A stretch of 46,887 nt of DNA. Source: Halocafeteria seosinensis (lineage: Eukaryota). Shown piece by piece: positions 25,783-38,649 of the stretch. The notes below the pieces were generated by a model that was given only the letters and a program-made list of their open reading frames with translations, searched no databases and was not told the origin of the DNA. Within the stretch, counting starts at the first letter, position 1, and every line of letters begins with the position of its first letter. Where the stretch lies: contig LVLI01000613.1 in NCBI GenBank assembly GCA_001687465.1, forward strand, positions 1 to 46,887, given 5' to 3'. The position numbers and the translations under genes are program-made.

Positions 25783-26146
25783 TGTAAGTGGCCGTCGGGC
25801 AATGAGGGTAACTCTGATACTTGCAGCAAAGCACAAACAAAGTTAGCAGATACACGCAAAAATTCCAAACAACAATGATATGAAAAAGAAGGAAAATGAA
25901 GTGGAAACATTATTCAAAGTTACCCGTAAGCGGAACTTCAACTACCGTTATCGGGGAACCCACGATTCGGCCACGAATTTAGGGTTTCTTTTCCTCCTTT
26001 GGGATCTAGTCATCCTGAATGAAGTTCCGGCAAAATAAACACACTGCAGACATTAGGTGTGTATTTCTAGTCAACAATTAACTCGTTTTAAAGGATTAAG
26101 TGCCAAATCTGAGCAAACCTGTTCGTATCCGTAGTTCGATAGTTCA

Positions 26147-29100
26147 TCAGAGAAACTCCTCAAATAGCGTATTCAAGTAATATGCTGTAATAGGACACGT
26201 TAGGGGCACATCTTTAGCGGGATGCTCCTTAATGTATTTTATGGGGTCAATGTTGAAAGCAATCGGTTGCATTTCTGGACTCTGCAATTTCAGTCGTACA
26301 TCCTCGAGTAGTCGTCCGTCACATTCCAGTAGGAGAGCGTCACCAGGCTCCTGTTTACGCACGCGACAGCGCGACAACCTCAAAGAGTAAGAACGAGACC
26401 GAAGAATCCTTCCAACATCAATGATGACCCGTTGAGGAAATATAGTAAGCGTCGCCTTTTTCCAAGCATTATCTATCTTGGCCGTCAGTGTTCCCGAAGG
26501 AAGACGAACAAAGCCTTGCCTTCTCCATGCGGTCAATTGCCGATCACTCGTCCGTTGGGAAAAGCGTGGGCTACGTCTACGAGTCGCATTAACTGGAGAA
26601 CTCGGCTGAATTTCCACCATGGGTTGCATTCTACGTTTCTCGATCGATGCGTTTCCAAGTTGGCCGCTATCATTGAGTGATCCGGCACTCTCTTTAGACG
26701 AGTCAGACGCCGAGCTGTTGCGCCTTCCGGATAGTTGCCCTGACCCCTCAAGGTCACTTGCATTGTCCGAGGCTGACGACGCCGCCGAAGACAGTGGGGT
26801 CACTGGTGATATCTGCAAGAAAGCGTCGGAGTACTCCGGGATCCTCGTTTGTTTTTCGCAGACCTCTACCCGGCTAGAAAATTGTACGGTCTGAGCGGCG
26901 TATGGAGTAGTTAGTGTAGGGCTCCATGAGACGTCTGGTTGCGTATGATGGGACATACCAGTGCCCGTAAACTTGTCACAAAACTTGTAATTGCGTTTCA
27001 CGTTGTCCCGCACAGTTGACCAACGCGAAGGATCGGTATGCAGAATGTCTCGCTTCCGGGGAATGGGGGACGGTACCGAATGCTTTTCAAACTGAATTTC
27101 ATCGGAGCTATCCTTTTCTGGCCAAAGCACCGGTAGTGACTTCGTTTCTTCACTTCTCGAATTGGTTGAAGACTCCGCAGGATGTGAGTGTTCCGGAGGT
27201 TCACTTGCTTCCATTTGTTCCACTTCTACGATATCCTTAGGTCCAGTATTCATTGGTGCCGTTGTTTTAGAAGGAGACCCACTGCCACTTTCAGGCTGGT
27301 CGGTGCTGTCTCGAATTTGTGGAAAGTCGCGGTAGGGTTGCCAGCTACAAGTAGGCGGGCTTCCCTCATTAGCTTGAGAGGTGCTGGAGCTTCCTGAATC
27401 TTTTCCTGTGGATACGGATTCGACCGCTTCCTTGGTGGCTTTGTATTCTTTAGTTTCGTCAGAATGCTGAACCTCAGCACTTTGTTTAAGAGTTCCCTTG
27501 GGGCTTGAAGCTGCGCCTTCAGCGTCTCCAGATTCAGATTCTGCTCGCCGCGACACATTTGCTGAAGGCAATTGACGTTCACTGGTACTCTCCTTTCTGC
27601 CGCGAGTCGCCGCTATACAGAATGCTCGAACCTCTTCACTTGTGGGTAACCTTCCTTTGAAGGGATCCTCGACGAAGCTTCCGGAAATGTGGTTCACTAC
27701 TTCGCCAAGTACGCTTCGGAAAGGCTTCACCAACTCTGAAAATGGTTCGCGCTGTGAAGTGTTGTCAACAATAGAGCCCAGATTCAGAAACTCTCTATTA
27801 ACCAGAAACCGTGCGCATTCATTCCCAAAATACTCTGAGTTCGGTAGCATGTATTGGGATACTGTGGGTTCAAAAACACAGTTGGCAAGTGCTGTGCAAA
27901 TTCGATCCGTCAGTCTCTGCAAACACTCTGTAAGACAGCTGCGTGCCTGTGTGAAACTGTTGTCCCTGCAGCAAGCTCCAATAATATAATTCAGAAGATG
28001 GCGTTGATGCGTATCGTTAACCGTATCATCAATAAAGTTAACGAAGATGCACAAAGACAACAGTAAGCTAGGAACTGAACACTGCGGAAATTCTCTGATG
28101 ATACAAGCGAACCCCTTTACCACGTTTTCAACACCTCGACAGTCAAACGTATCGGAAGCGCTGACGAAGAAGTGATCCCGCGGTGCAAATGAATTCTCCT
28201 TCGCAGACAACCTCCACTGTATCCACTCTTCTCGTCCGTGGAGAACCACCGGCAAGGAACACCAGCCTGAAGACTGACGTTCATCGCTCTTAGTGTAGGC
28301 TACCGGTTGAAAATTTTCATCAATACTCTGGACTCCAAAGAGTTGATTCACATTACTTCCAGTCACTTCTACCACAAACGTTGGTTGCCAATTCAGTGAC
28401 TCTAACAGTAGGCATCCTAAAGGAGAAAATGCATTGTCGTTGAGCTCCATTCGTATTCCGTCTAAAGCGCTGGCTGCACTAACAATAACGGCGATAGCAT
28501 CATCATAAAGCGAGCAAGACCTAAGGCTGAGTTGTTCAATGGCCGAACTAGGCGCTTCTATCAAACCACCGAACAGCTCGGCGCAATCTTCTTTGGAGAG
28601 GACATTGTTGTTAACGTTTAACATTTTAAGCTCAACCGCTCCCGAATTCACTGTCTCCGCCAGCCACTTTAATTCTCTAGGTCCAAGCTTGCAACGTGAA
28701 ACATGCAATACAAGCTGTCGTTTTTGGGTTTGGACAGACGTGTTCGCCGTCAGTTTCATGGGGTCGAATTCCGCCACACACGAGTTTCCACACAGCCGAA
28801 TAGTCAAGTCTTTCCCTCGTTCTGAACTTATCGTATTGGAAGCAGTCAAGACCAAATCTTGGAAGTTAGTTATTGTATTGTCTGCCAGATTCACTTCTCT
28901 TAACGTAGTGCATAGTGGAAGTGCCTGCGACGATATTCAACGTTTGAAATCAGGATTTCCGCTGTCTATCCAGGAGCCACCTAGTACCGGTACATACCCT
29001 GGAGATCATTCGCGCTCCATCGTTGGCGATTCTATTGTGTGAGAGATCAAGGGTTCTTAATCCCTGAGCAAGCAGGATGGACGAAATTGTCATGTCCTCG

Positions 29101-29469
29101 CATGCTCAAGCGCCGTCGTCAGTATAGCCAACTTACGTTCTCTAAACCCAAGAGGTCCGCAATTTCACCAGCCCCAACATCAGTAATTGAGTTGTGAGAT
29201 AGATTCATGTCTTTCAGCTTGAGTCTACCGTGCTTCATAGCGGAAACGATCATCTGACATGTTGTATCCGATATTGTATTGTGTGATAAATCTAAGATTA
29301 CAAGCAGTTTGCAGAACTGGAGTCTTGCGAGTTTTCCAGAATTTTCATCCGAAAGTTGGCATGAGCTGAGGAACACCCGATAACAACATAAGTTCCCATC
29401 ATTTGTTGACTCCTCTTTTCTGCATACAAGAGGAGCGAAAAAGACACAAATTTTGCTACTTTGGAGCAT
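26147..29469 (-). CDS. RNI-like leucine-rich repeat protein with disordered middle and possible C-terminal PH-like region; 5' end unresolved
   Basis: LRR units: LDLSHNTISD, MNLSHNSITDVGA, LRTLDLSHNRIANDGA (small exon near 29000-29063), VNLADNTI, LNVNNNVLS, LSLRSCSLYDDA, MELNDNAFS. Confidence 0.7.
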
Positions 29470-30593
29470 ACAGCTTGGTAACTGCGGTTGTATAACTCAC
29501 CGCTTGGGAAGTTGCGACCGATCTGTGATGTCCACTACTGGATATTTCCCCAACACCAAAGATTGCCGACTTTGGCTGCTGTGATATTGTGACCCATTGG
29601 GATCCCCATCAGTATGAATACTCATTGTTGGTCGCAATGGCCTCTGCCCAATGGAATGCGTGTGCAATGCGAGTTAACGGGCAGAGGTCGTCTTCTGATT
29701 CCCATGTTTTCTCCATGCACTGCGTCCAAGTGACATGTTGCCCTTCAGGGCAATACATTCAAAGAGCAATCGATCAATACTGGACTATCAAGTTGAATAG
29801 TACAATAATTGTAGCAACTGTCCTCTGTATTGCATATTTGAACCAAGTTGAAGTGCGCCCAACAGATTGCTCCACATTGAAGTTCACAACCCAAACTCAA
29901 TGTACGTAGTTGTTTTTTTGCACGCTTCCAATTGCAACGCACAAAGAAAAATGAACTGTGGGTGACACAAAGGCTAAGGAAAGAAAGGATGACTTGCGGG
30001 AGGGAAACATATTAAATTATCCTTGCCATTGTCGTATTGTTCCCACATGCACATGCTGATAATGCTTGATTCCCGTCAGCGTTTCGTGCGGGTACAGACT
30101 GTACCGTACAATATTGTATGCACCGAGGAGTTAGTGCGAAATTTCACGTTTCTCCGAGAAATGAGTCGGGTAAAGTTGGTACCCAATTAGTGATACAGGA
30201 GCTTGTGTCTACAACAGTGACTGAGAATTGTTTCACAAAGCATCAACCTTGATCAAGCTAAGGATCAAGGGACGACTTTATCAGCTGGACAGTAGCGTGT
30301 CCACTACGTAGTTGATTATGTTGTATTGAAACCTTGGAGGACGGCTTTGTTGTCCTGGGTCCATCGAGCATTGTGCCCGTTGCCTTCGTGTGCATCACGC
30401 GATTTTCTGGTAGCCCATGTATCATTTGATTCCCGCTCTAAAGCTGGAATTATTATGGAAGAACGAGCGTGGGCAAATTGGGAAACTGATGAATTCGGAA
30501 ACAATATACTGTTGAACCATGCCTCACTTGGAACGAGAATTGACCAACGAGAAACAGTTAATCAACCCAGTCCAGACGTTTAAGTCAGCTACA

Positions 30594-31922
30594 TCAGGCA
30601 GGTGAATGATCTTGGCAATCTTGTTCACTGGGAAAGTCACTCCTCCACGACAAGTTTTCTCCTCCCTTAACTACATTCTCGTCAACTGAGATCCCTTCCG
30701 TTGACACGTCGAGGAAAAGAGACCCGGTAATATCCGCTCCGTCCTTCACCGAGACGTTGCCTGAGTCTGTGCTTTTAGCAATGATGATAACGTCACCATC
30801 GACTATAATACCATTGCTGAGTTGGATATCTATGTAACCGCAGGCAATTATTACTAAAGCTCCTTTGAAATGCATCGATGTGATCTCCATCTCTCCCCGT
30901 TGGTCTAGGACAAGCCTATAAAACCCTTCGCCGGGGTTCGGAAAGTCTCGATTCTCTATCTTGTCATTCACTGATATCACTTCGCATTTGTTATCTGTAT
31001 CTTCACATTTATCCCGGCCATGGAACAGCACGTGACGTCCGTTGTTTTTATCAAATGCCGTGGCCGAAGGAGTAGGAGATTGTGTTCCAGTACCAGCAAA
31101 ACTTGTGCATGACGCTGACCAGCTAATGGCTGTCGATGACGAGTATGTATGGGTAGCAGTCGCACTCCTGGTATTTGTTGCGGAAGTGCTAGATGTGGCT
31201 GAGACTGGTGGTAGGGTTGTCGTAGTAGACGACACTGCCCGGCTAACGGTAGCCGATAGCCTGTATGTCTGGGTAGCCGATGCACTTCTGGCAGTTGTTG
31301 CGGAACCGTTACATGTGGTTGAGATCGAAGGTGAACTTGTAAATGATACCTCCCGTTCATCAGCCGCCGGGGCGCTGCTGCTTGTCCAAGTAGGGTATGA
31401 GCTCCTACTAACTGATGTACTTGGAGTGGGAGATACTGAGACACTTGTGCGTCTAGAAGTAAGAGATGCGGCGATGGGCGCAGCTGTATTCGTAGGTGAT
31501 GCAGTGGGAAATACAGGCAAGAGGTTACCCTGAGTTGTAGCTGGCGATGGCGAAATGCCAGTTCCCTCGGTAGAACTTGCAACGGGGGAAGCTCCAGGTA
31601 TAGACGATGACTGAGATGGCATTGGCTTGGGCTGGTGGCTGTGCTTGAGTCTTCCAGAGATGGAAAGTTTAGCGTTGTTTCGCCTGGTCGAAATTCTACG
31701 TTGAAATGATACATCGACCCCTCCTGCGATGATGCCGGAACCCCTGAATTGTATGTATCCGGTTTCATCACCTAACCTAACGTCAGCTTCTCGTATCTTC
31801 AGCATCCCCCTCCCTGCTACCTTACCATTGCTTCCTTTAGCATAGACCTTCGGGGCACATAACAGAGCGAAAGTAAGAAAGACTCCAAGCAGTGGACAAA
31901 GAGTTTCCCGGCAGAGGCTCAT
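30594..31922 (-). CDS. Secreted Ser/Thr-rich (mucin-like) protein with a C-terminal beta-rich domain
   Basis: The ATG at 31922 gives signal-peptide-like MSLCRETLCPLLGVFLTFALLCAPKVYA. A long S/T/P tract follows, then short beta-strand repeats (GIIVDGDVIIIA, ADITGSLFL). Confidence 0.6.
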   Translation of the reverse strand: MSLCRETLCPLLGVFLTFALLCAPKVYAKGSNGKVAGRGMLKIREADVRLGDETGYIQFRGSGIIAGGVDVSFQRRISTRRNNAKLSISGRLKHSHQPKPMPSQSSSIPGASPVASSTEGTGISPSPATTQGNLLPVFPTASPTNTAAPIAASLTSRRTSVSVSPTPSTSVSRSSYPTWTSSSAPAADEREVSFTSSPSISTTCNGSATTARSASATQTYRLSATVSRAVSSTTTTLPPVSATSSTSATNTRSATATHTYSSSTAISWSASCTSFAGTGTQSPTPSATAFDKNNGRHVLFHGRDKCEDTDNKCEVISVNDKIENRDFPNPGEGFYRLVLDQRGEMEITSMHFKGALVIIACGYIDIQLSNGIIVDGDVIIIAKSTDSGNVSVKDGADITGSLFLDVSTEGISVDENVVKGGENLSWRSDFPSEQDCQDHSPA

Positions 31923-32406
31923 TGGACGGGATTTGTTGGATCCGTCAGAACCGGTGTCAGTAAATAAGATTCTCACTATCCAACTATCTCTACTTGTGGT
32001 ATACTCTTTGAAACTCCTCTACGTCTTAATCCATTCGGTATTGGCTGCCGCTGTAGCAGTGGTGTCGTCAGACTCGTCCGCTCCGCTTGTACTCCGCCAG
32101 AGGCGGAAGGCGGTCACGGACATCATGACGAAAGCGAGGATAGCTTGAGACAACCGTAACGTGGGAGTCAAATATCGGGTACACATATTATGACAGCGGA
32201 AGGATTTTTCAAAATATTATCCACCGCAAAAAGGATGCCCTGCAAATGGACCTGGAAATCGATCGAATTGAGCTGTGAATGGGCCGAGCTTCACACAGGA
32301 GTCCATAAGCCTTGCATGTAGACAGACGCGGTGCATTGTTGCTTCGAATGCATGTTCGGGTATCCACGGGAGAAGACTGCTTTTTGGCTGGAGAAGGAGC
32401 TGGAAT

Positions 32407-34322
32407 ATGAGACGCATCGTGCCTCCTTGGTGCCGTGAAGCGCAGCTTTTCCGATGCCAATGGAGAGCTCTATGCAGCTTGTCTCCTTCCCTTAATTGTA
32501 TCCGCAGGTACTCGTCTTCCCATGGCGAGGACGGCGAGCCCACTGGATCTGGCGTCGTATTTGAATCTGCTGAGCAGCATTTGGAGTTCTTGGAGCACCA
32601 CGCTAGACTTCCACGAGGCTTTAAAGCTGGGGCTAAAAAATTAGGATTCCGTAAGTACAGTTAATTCAGGTTATATGAGCTTCGCCAATATCCTCCGTAG
32701 CTGGGTTGGGCAATTTTTATCTCATATGGCTTTCCAGGACCGCTCGAAGCTCCGGATTCTGACACTGAAATGATGATTAGCAGTCTGGAATGTGCCCAAC
32801 CTACCAGTAGCTTCGCCGCAGTGTTTAATGGGACTAGCTCGAGCTTAGGCTGCCCCAACATCGATATAGGACGAAGTCGAATGGAGAAGGATAAAATTCA
32901 GTCAGTGCTTGTGCACAATAAAATCGCCAACATTGGAACCAAAAATGGCACCGACGATGCCCAGCGTTTCATTGATGCATATGCATCCAGTGCTGGCTTG
33001 GAATCATCGGATCTTGTCTTTCCAGGCGCAACGGGGGTGATTGGGTGGTCTTTACCCATCAATAGTATGGTAAAAACTGCATCATCTGTTGGTAGAGTGA
33101 TGCAAACAGACAGTCTTATGCCGCTTGCGATGGGTATCATGACAACTGACACGTTCCCTAAGGTTCGGTCAGCCGAGCTAGTAGGCAGAAATGGGGAAAG
33201 ATCAAGGATTGTCGCCACTGCTAAAGGTGCTGGAATGATAGCTCCTAATATGGCTACTCTGTTAGTTTATATTGCGACGGATGCTGTCGTTTCTCGGGAA
33301 CATTTGAGATCGGTCTTTCCGGGGGTGATAAATGACACTTTCAATAACATTAACCTGGATGGTGTAGCTTCCCCGGGTGATACAGCGTTTGCTATGTCAT
33401 CAAATCAAGTATGTGTGTACAACGTACTAGCGCTATGTCGCTTATCGCCTGTAATTTCTGTTCTTGTCTTTCAGGTGAACTTGGGGACAGCAGAACAGGA
33501 GTTCGACAACACGCTATTCCGGGTTTGCTCTGAGCTTTCAGAGGATGTAGTAAGAAATGGCGAAGGCGTAAAACATGTTATATCCTTAGATGTGCAAAAT
33601 TGCAAATCGAAGGTACGTGCGTTTTCCCGATTGTCGGAACCTGAATGCAGAGTTTAGTTCCTCCCGCCTGTACCAGCACAAAGCACGGGACATCGGGCGC
33701 ATGATCACCAATTCTCTGCTACTGAAAACGATGGTCGCTGGAAATGAGCCTAATATCGGGAGGATTTTATCGGTTATAGGTAAGCTTACTAAGTAGTTCC
33801 CAATTTTCCTAGCCAAGCGGAGCATTATAGTTCCTTCATTGCTGAATCAGACGCTGCTTGTACCGCTCACGGTGTTTCATTGGACCAAGCTACTGTGGAT
33901 ATCGGAGGCATACGGGTTTTCGACCATGGAGAGATCATAACAGGAAACGACCAAGAAAGGGAAGTACAAGCCCATCTTGCACAGGGACAAATGTGGGGTG
34001 AGTATTCTATCTAACCTTGAAACAGTATTGTATTGATTGACTTACTGGATTCCGTGGGTTCTGCGCAGAGTCTGTGCCACGTATTCTATCACCACCTGTG
34101 CCGCTAGACGAAGAGGCTGCAAACAAGGAGAAAAGAGAGCCTAGGTATTGGGTTGTCCCCGGATCTTCGGTAACGTATGCATGCCCTTTCATGTATCCTC
34201 GGCACGATCGTTGCGTTAGCATACAGATCGATCTAGCTTACAACGACGGATTTTCATCAAGAATCTATGGGGGTGACTTGACACACGAATACGTGTCTTT
34301 AAATAGCGAATACAGGACATAA
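32407..34322 (+). CDS. argJ: ArgJ-family ornithine/glutamate acetyltransferase with presequence-like N-terminus, multi-exon
   Basis: Motifs: LPRGFKAG, ATGVIGWSLP, GIMTTDTFPK, autocleavage motif KGAGMIAPNMATLL, VVRNGEGVKH, NSLLLKT..GNEPNIGRI and GGDLTHEYVSLNSEYRT at the C-terminus. The first intron is 32651-32737. Confidence 0.92.
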
Positions 34323-34476
34323 GCATACCATTTACGCTGCAATAGTGGTATACCATTTAAAGTAGGATGCTCGTCATTATTTTCAATGCACACGATGCGG
34401 TAAAGGAGTTCCAATTGGACAAAGTAGCTCGCGAGGCGTTCCAATTTCGGATACCACTCTTCGGGAAAGAAAACTT

Positions 34477-35755
34477 TTAGTTTTCCTTGAGAGTACCGAA
34501 AAATTTGGCCTTCTCTTCCGGGGTCTGGAAACGTCCGTGGCCAAACTTGGAAGAAGTATCGATGAACTTAATATTAGCACCTTCACGACGACGATGATCA
34601 GGTACGATAGCCTTCCTCATGGTGACTGGGCGCTTCTTGGTGCCAACGACACCGCCTTTGATCATCACCCAGTCATTACGCACAATACCGTAGTGAGGGA
34701 AGCCACCAACCGGGGTAATACCCTTCTGTGTTAAGTCCTGCGCAGTAGAAGCTGTGTTGTCGATCTCTCCTTCACTAGTGGGCTTCTTGCCAATGCGGTA
34801 AATGGCCTTGCCCTTTTCAGTTCGGTGATGGTACCCATTCTGACCCGCACGTGGGGTGGAGTAACTAACACGGGCAGGATGCCATGCACCAATACAGGCG
34901 ACCTTCCGAAGACCACGATGGGTCTTTCGCGGAAGACGACGCACACCCCAACGGGTGACGACACCCTCGAAGCCGTGACCCTTGGTAGCTCCGATCAAAT
35001 CGATTCGCTCTCCTTCTTCGAAAACAGTGTCTACGTATACCTGCTGCTCAAACAGTGTCTGAGCATAGTCTACTTTGGCGGCAATGTCTCCACCATTAAC
35101 CTGGATTTCAAAGACATGGGCCTTCTTCTGACGAAGACCAGTGAGCTGAATCTGAGTGTGGGCGATGACGCGAACAACTTGGCAGTATTTCTTGATGCGG
35201 TTGAGTTCTTCATCGATTTCTACCTTCTTCGTTTCGGCTTCGGCGTATTTCTTGGCATATTTGGTGAAGGCTTTCTTCTTACTCTTGCACCAGTTCTTGT
35301 AGAAGCGACGCTTCACTTCGTCGGAAAGGTGTTGTGCCCACACAGTGGTCAAAGTTCTGAGTCCCTTGGGTGTCTCGACGTATCCTACAACACCAACCAC
35401 CACCATGGGTGGTGTTTCCAAGATGGTTACAGCTTCTACAGCTTCCTTCTTGTCCAACTTAGAGCCAGGGCGTTGAACATCACGCAAGACGTGTGTCATA
35501 CCGGCCTTGTAGCCCATGAAAGCAGTCAAGTGGCATTGCTTGGAGCGATCGTCCTTGGGGAAAGAACGGATCTTACCACGGTGCTTGCGCGTACGCTTAC
35601 GCGGCAAGAACCCGAGGGAACCGTGACGAGGAGCTGTAAGAACATATACGCAAGATAAAAGGCGTTCAATGGTCCGTATGGGTTACACAAAGAGCACTGA
35701 AAGGTGCTGAGCACTTGGCCCTCTGAGGCTTACCTTCGAATTTACGATGCGACAT
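34477..35755 (-). CDS. RPL3: 60S ribosomal protein L3 (uL3), copy 1; 2 exons
   Basis: Exon 1 (35755-35734) is MSHRKFE and the intron is 35733-35634. Exon 2 continues [11 protein letters not shown]...[18 protein letters not shown]...[15 protein letters not shown]. Confidence 0.98.
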
Positions 35756-36223
35756 TTTGCTCTTTATTGAGGTTTTCTACCTATTTCAACACTCAAATGG
35801 TATCCTCTGTAATCCCATCTGTACAATCAACCAAAACATGAAATGAAAAATTGCCCTGGTATGACATATATCGGCTTTGATATGGGAACAGCCTCAGACA
35901 CAGCTCCAAAAAACTACAAAAGAGCAAAAGGGACACTAGCTCCCCTTCCCGTCCCCTCTATAAAAACTACAAAAAGCATAGTGGTGTTGCCCTGCACCCC
36001 TCTACTACGCTTAGCCCAGGATTTGCCGCCATTATTACGCGGTCAAAGCGCATAATTATGGATAACAGCGAACTATGGCAACAATATGTGATAGTGAGGT
36101 ACTTACCCGAATGGAACGCCTGTATACAATCCTTTACCTTCGTGTATGGTGGCCGGAAGATGCTGGTGTCACTCGGAAAACCAAGTCTCAGATAAGATTG
36201 TCGTCTTTGGTGGAATTCAACTA
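35533..36223. repeat. Left arm of the outer inverted repeat (RPL3 5' part plus about 470 bp upstream); pairs with 46197-46887
   Basis: Its reverse complement matches 46197-46887 and the match runs off the window end. Confidence 0.95.
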
Positions 36224-36699
36224 TTCAACCAGGAGTGGAGTACCACCCAACGCTAAGCGGTAAACAGTAATACACTGTATAAATACAGTATATCTATATA
36301 TCATTGATTTATTTCATGTGTACATTATTCAGGGAGATTGAGAAATACAGAACTCGCCGTTATGTCAACAAGTAATTCCGACCGAGCCAAGAAATTGAGG
36401 AGTGTATGATGTACTTCTCGTGAGGAAATAGGAATCATGTGACCCTTTGATCCTATGTCTCATAAAGTAATCAATAGGGGAATATCCTCATCTACTGTTA
36501 GCAATATAGTTTCTTATCCATCAGTGATCACGTGAGCTGCGTTGCTAACCTTGCCGGCTACATTACTTATCCTGTCCCCAAAATATACGAGAATTCAAAC
36601 AGTCATCATCTGACGGCACGTGCGAATATCTTCTTGTCAAAACACAGTCTGTCTCAAAGTACGAATAGGCCTAAGCAATTAAGCTGGCTGTAGCGTGCA

Positions 36700-37433
36700 T
36701 GCATCACCGGCTAGGACATCAGCATCGAGGTACTCTGCTGCTCATGACGAACGCATGGCCGTCATCCCATTTGCCCCCCTAAATCGATCCCAAATATCAG
36801 GAGGAGTGCAAATCTCCCTTGGTTCGAGCGGGAAGAGTGACATAATCATTCATGCAACATACTATCCATGGTATGACAATGATCTCTTGCGTGGCTGGCC
36901 ATCCATTGTTTGTAGATCTCATTTCGAGCCATCCTCCACTTTTCCCTTCATATCCGCTTCCAGAGCATCGGGGTCCTTGATTATTCTTGCATCCTGTGGT
37001 ATCAGATGTGGTATACCTCGAATAATGGGATAAGCCACTCCTATCTGGTCCGAGATTAGTTCATTCGTGCTCTCCTCGTGCCGTAATTTACCCTGCAAGA
37101 TAGCATACACAGAATCGAGGTGAGGCACAGTGCTGGGAATCTTATCTTATCTGCTACAACGGACCTTGCTAATGGGACAACATAAAACATCCAAGTGCTT
37201 GATATCAAAGCTGTAAGGCTGACTGGCGCTGCTGAACCCTCTGCCGCGAAGCAGCTGCTGCATACGCCATAGTCTTCGTATTCTCAGAAACATTACGACT
37301 TTAGCCATTCAATACAAAACAGTGTGGGCAAGTATCATTAGATAAACAATATGGAAGGTGTGACCAACTCTGCAGCTTTTGCGCATGACGCGTCACGCAT
37401 GACACACCGGTCGCACAGTTGAATGCACGGCGA
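36700..37433. repeat. Left arm of the inner inverted repeat; pairs with 38650-39400
   Basis: Reverse-complement match from TGCATCACCGGCTAGG to GAATGCACGGCGA. Confidence 0.95.
36919..37293 (-). CDS. PYURF: Trm112-like/UPF0434 mitochondrial protein (PYURF/preY-like), copy 1; 100 aa, 2 exons
   Basis: The product is MFLRIRRLWRMQQLLRGRGFSS...LDVLCCPISK|GKLRH...ELISDQIGVAYPIIRGIPHLIPQDAR. The intron is 37164-37093. An Arg-rich presequence precedes the Trm112-like LxCPxSK..YPIxxGIP motif. Confidence 0.82.
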
Positions 37434-37793
37434 GGTGTAAATTGTTGCTGGAGCAAACGAAAGATGACCTGAGCAAGTTAGTGGTCACATCTTGGTGAAC
37501 GGACACCCCATCGCGGTTGCACTAGCAGATCAGTCTCACGAAATACCTTGGGCCAGATTCTTGGTATATAGTGGATATGGGAAGGCTCGTACTGGACAAA
37601 ACCTTTCCGCAGCGAGATTTTACCTCTGTAGCAGCTGTTCGGCCTAGATGAGTTCCGGTTCCATTCCCAATCAACGTACAGTAGTTATGCGCCGCAGCAA
37701 ACAGTTAGTTACCCGGACTACTGGTAAGTGGTATCAACAACAACTTGCACGATTTCTTTCGACACGGCTAGGGTTGAGTTCCCTGTTAAGTAG

Positions 37794-38524
37794 CTACCGC
37801 TCCAATAGCTCATGTAACTTGAATTCATCGAGACTGTTTAGTATGAAATCAGCGTGCTTCTGATATCTATGTATATCCATTCCTTTCTCTGGTACCGCAA
37901 CCACTGTCATCCCTGCTCGTTTGGCGGATTCCACCCCTGCGGGGGAATCCTCGAAGGTTAAGCATTTCTCAGGTGGAACTCCCATTTTTCGCGCAGAGGT
38001 CAAAAAGATTTCAGGGTTTGGCTTGCCTTGTGTGATATCGTCTCCACAGGTTACATGATGCATGGGGCGAAACAATTCCCCATGAACCTCTCGTTTCTTC
38101 TGCACCGAGGTGCCGGAGCAACTCGTGGCAATGCACTGTGGAATCCCCCTCTCCTCCACCTCTTTGACGAGCTCATACGCTCCCGGTAAGGCTTCCACGT
38201 ACGGATACAGACCCTTGAAGTTTTCTTGCCATTTATCGATCAGCTCCCGGTTGGTAATTCTGTCAGTTATGGACAATCGTTCACGTACAATCTGCGCCCA
38301 GTCAGCATCTGGAAGTCCTATGATGTCCTTCTTGATGCTCCTGCAGACACACGAGTGTTTCGTTGTGACCCGCCGCTCTTCCCTGAGGTATTAGTGCTCA
38401 CTCACCAATCTAACTGGACGTCATAAGGTGCTAGAGCTTTATTCAAAGCTTGCGTCGACAGAGTCTCAGTATCTAACAGGGTACCGTCTAAATCGAATAT
38501 GACAGCTTCAATGGATCCCGACAT
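37794..38524 (-). CDS. HAD-superfamily phosphatase (subfamily IA, HDHD1/PUDP- or FMN-hydrolase-like); 2 exons
   Basis: Exon 1 is MSGSIEAVIFDLDGTLLDTE... and the intron is 38405-38341. Further motifs are CIATS, GKPNPEIF and CLTFEDSPAGVESAKRAGM. Confidence 0.88.
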
Positions 38525-38649
38525 CGTCAGTGATGTATATTTCTATTCTTACTCCTTCTACATTTAGCTTTTACCTATATGTGAATGAACCACAACACAA
38601 ACAGCATAAGAACCAGTACACTGGCGCAGTGGCTTTCTTCAGTGGCGAG

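Noticed and set aside
30977..31771. 264-aa alternative-frame ORF
   Set aside because: It overlaps the Ser/Thr-rich gene on the same strand. Low-complexity codons leave alternative frames open.
18891..34322. Recent bacterial origin or contamination for riboflavin synthase and argJ
   Set aside because: Both have canonical spliceosomal introns, and both families are normal in eukaryotes.
34825..35658. 277-aa plus-strand ORF
   Set aside because: Antisense shadow of RPL3.
35843..36055. ORF MKNCPGMTYIGFDMG... and its counterpart at 46305-46577
   Set aside because: The similarity comes from the duplicated RPL3 upstream region. The two copies are frameshifted relative to each other and match no family I recognise.
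1927..38524. Flavin gene cluster (flavoprotein FRD, riboflavin synthase, possible FMN phosphatase)
   Set aside because: The genes are 14-18 kb apart among unrelated genes, and the HAD substrate is unknown.
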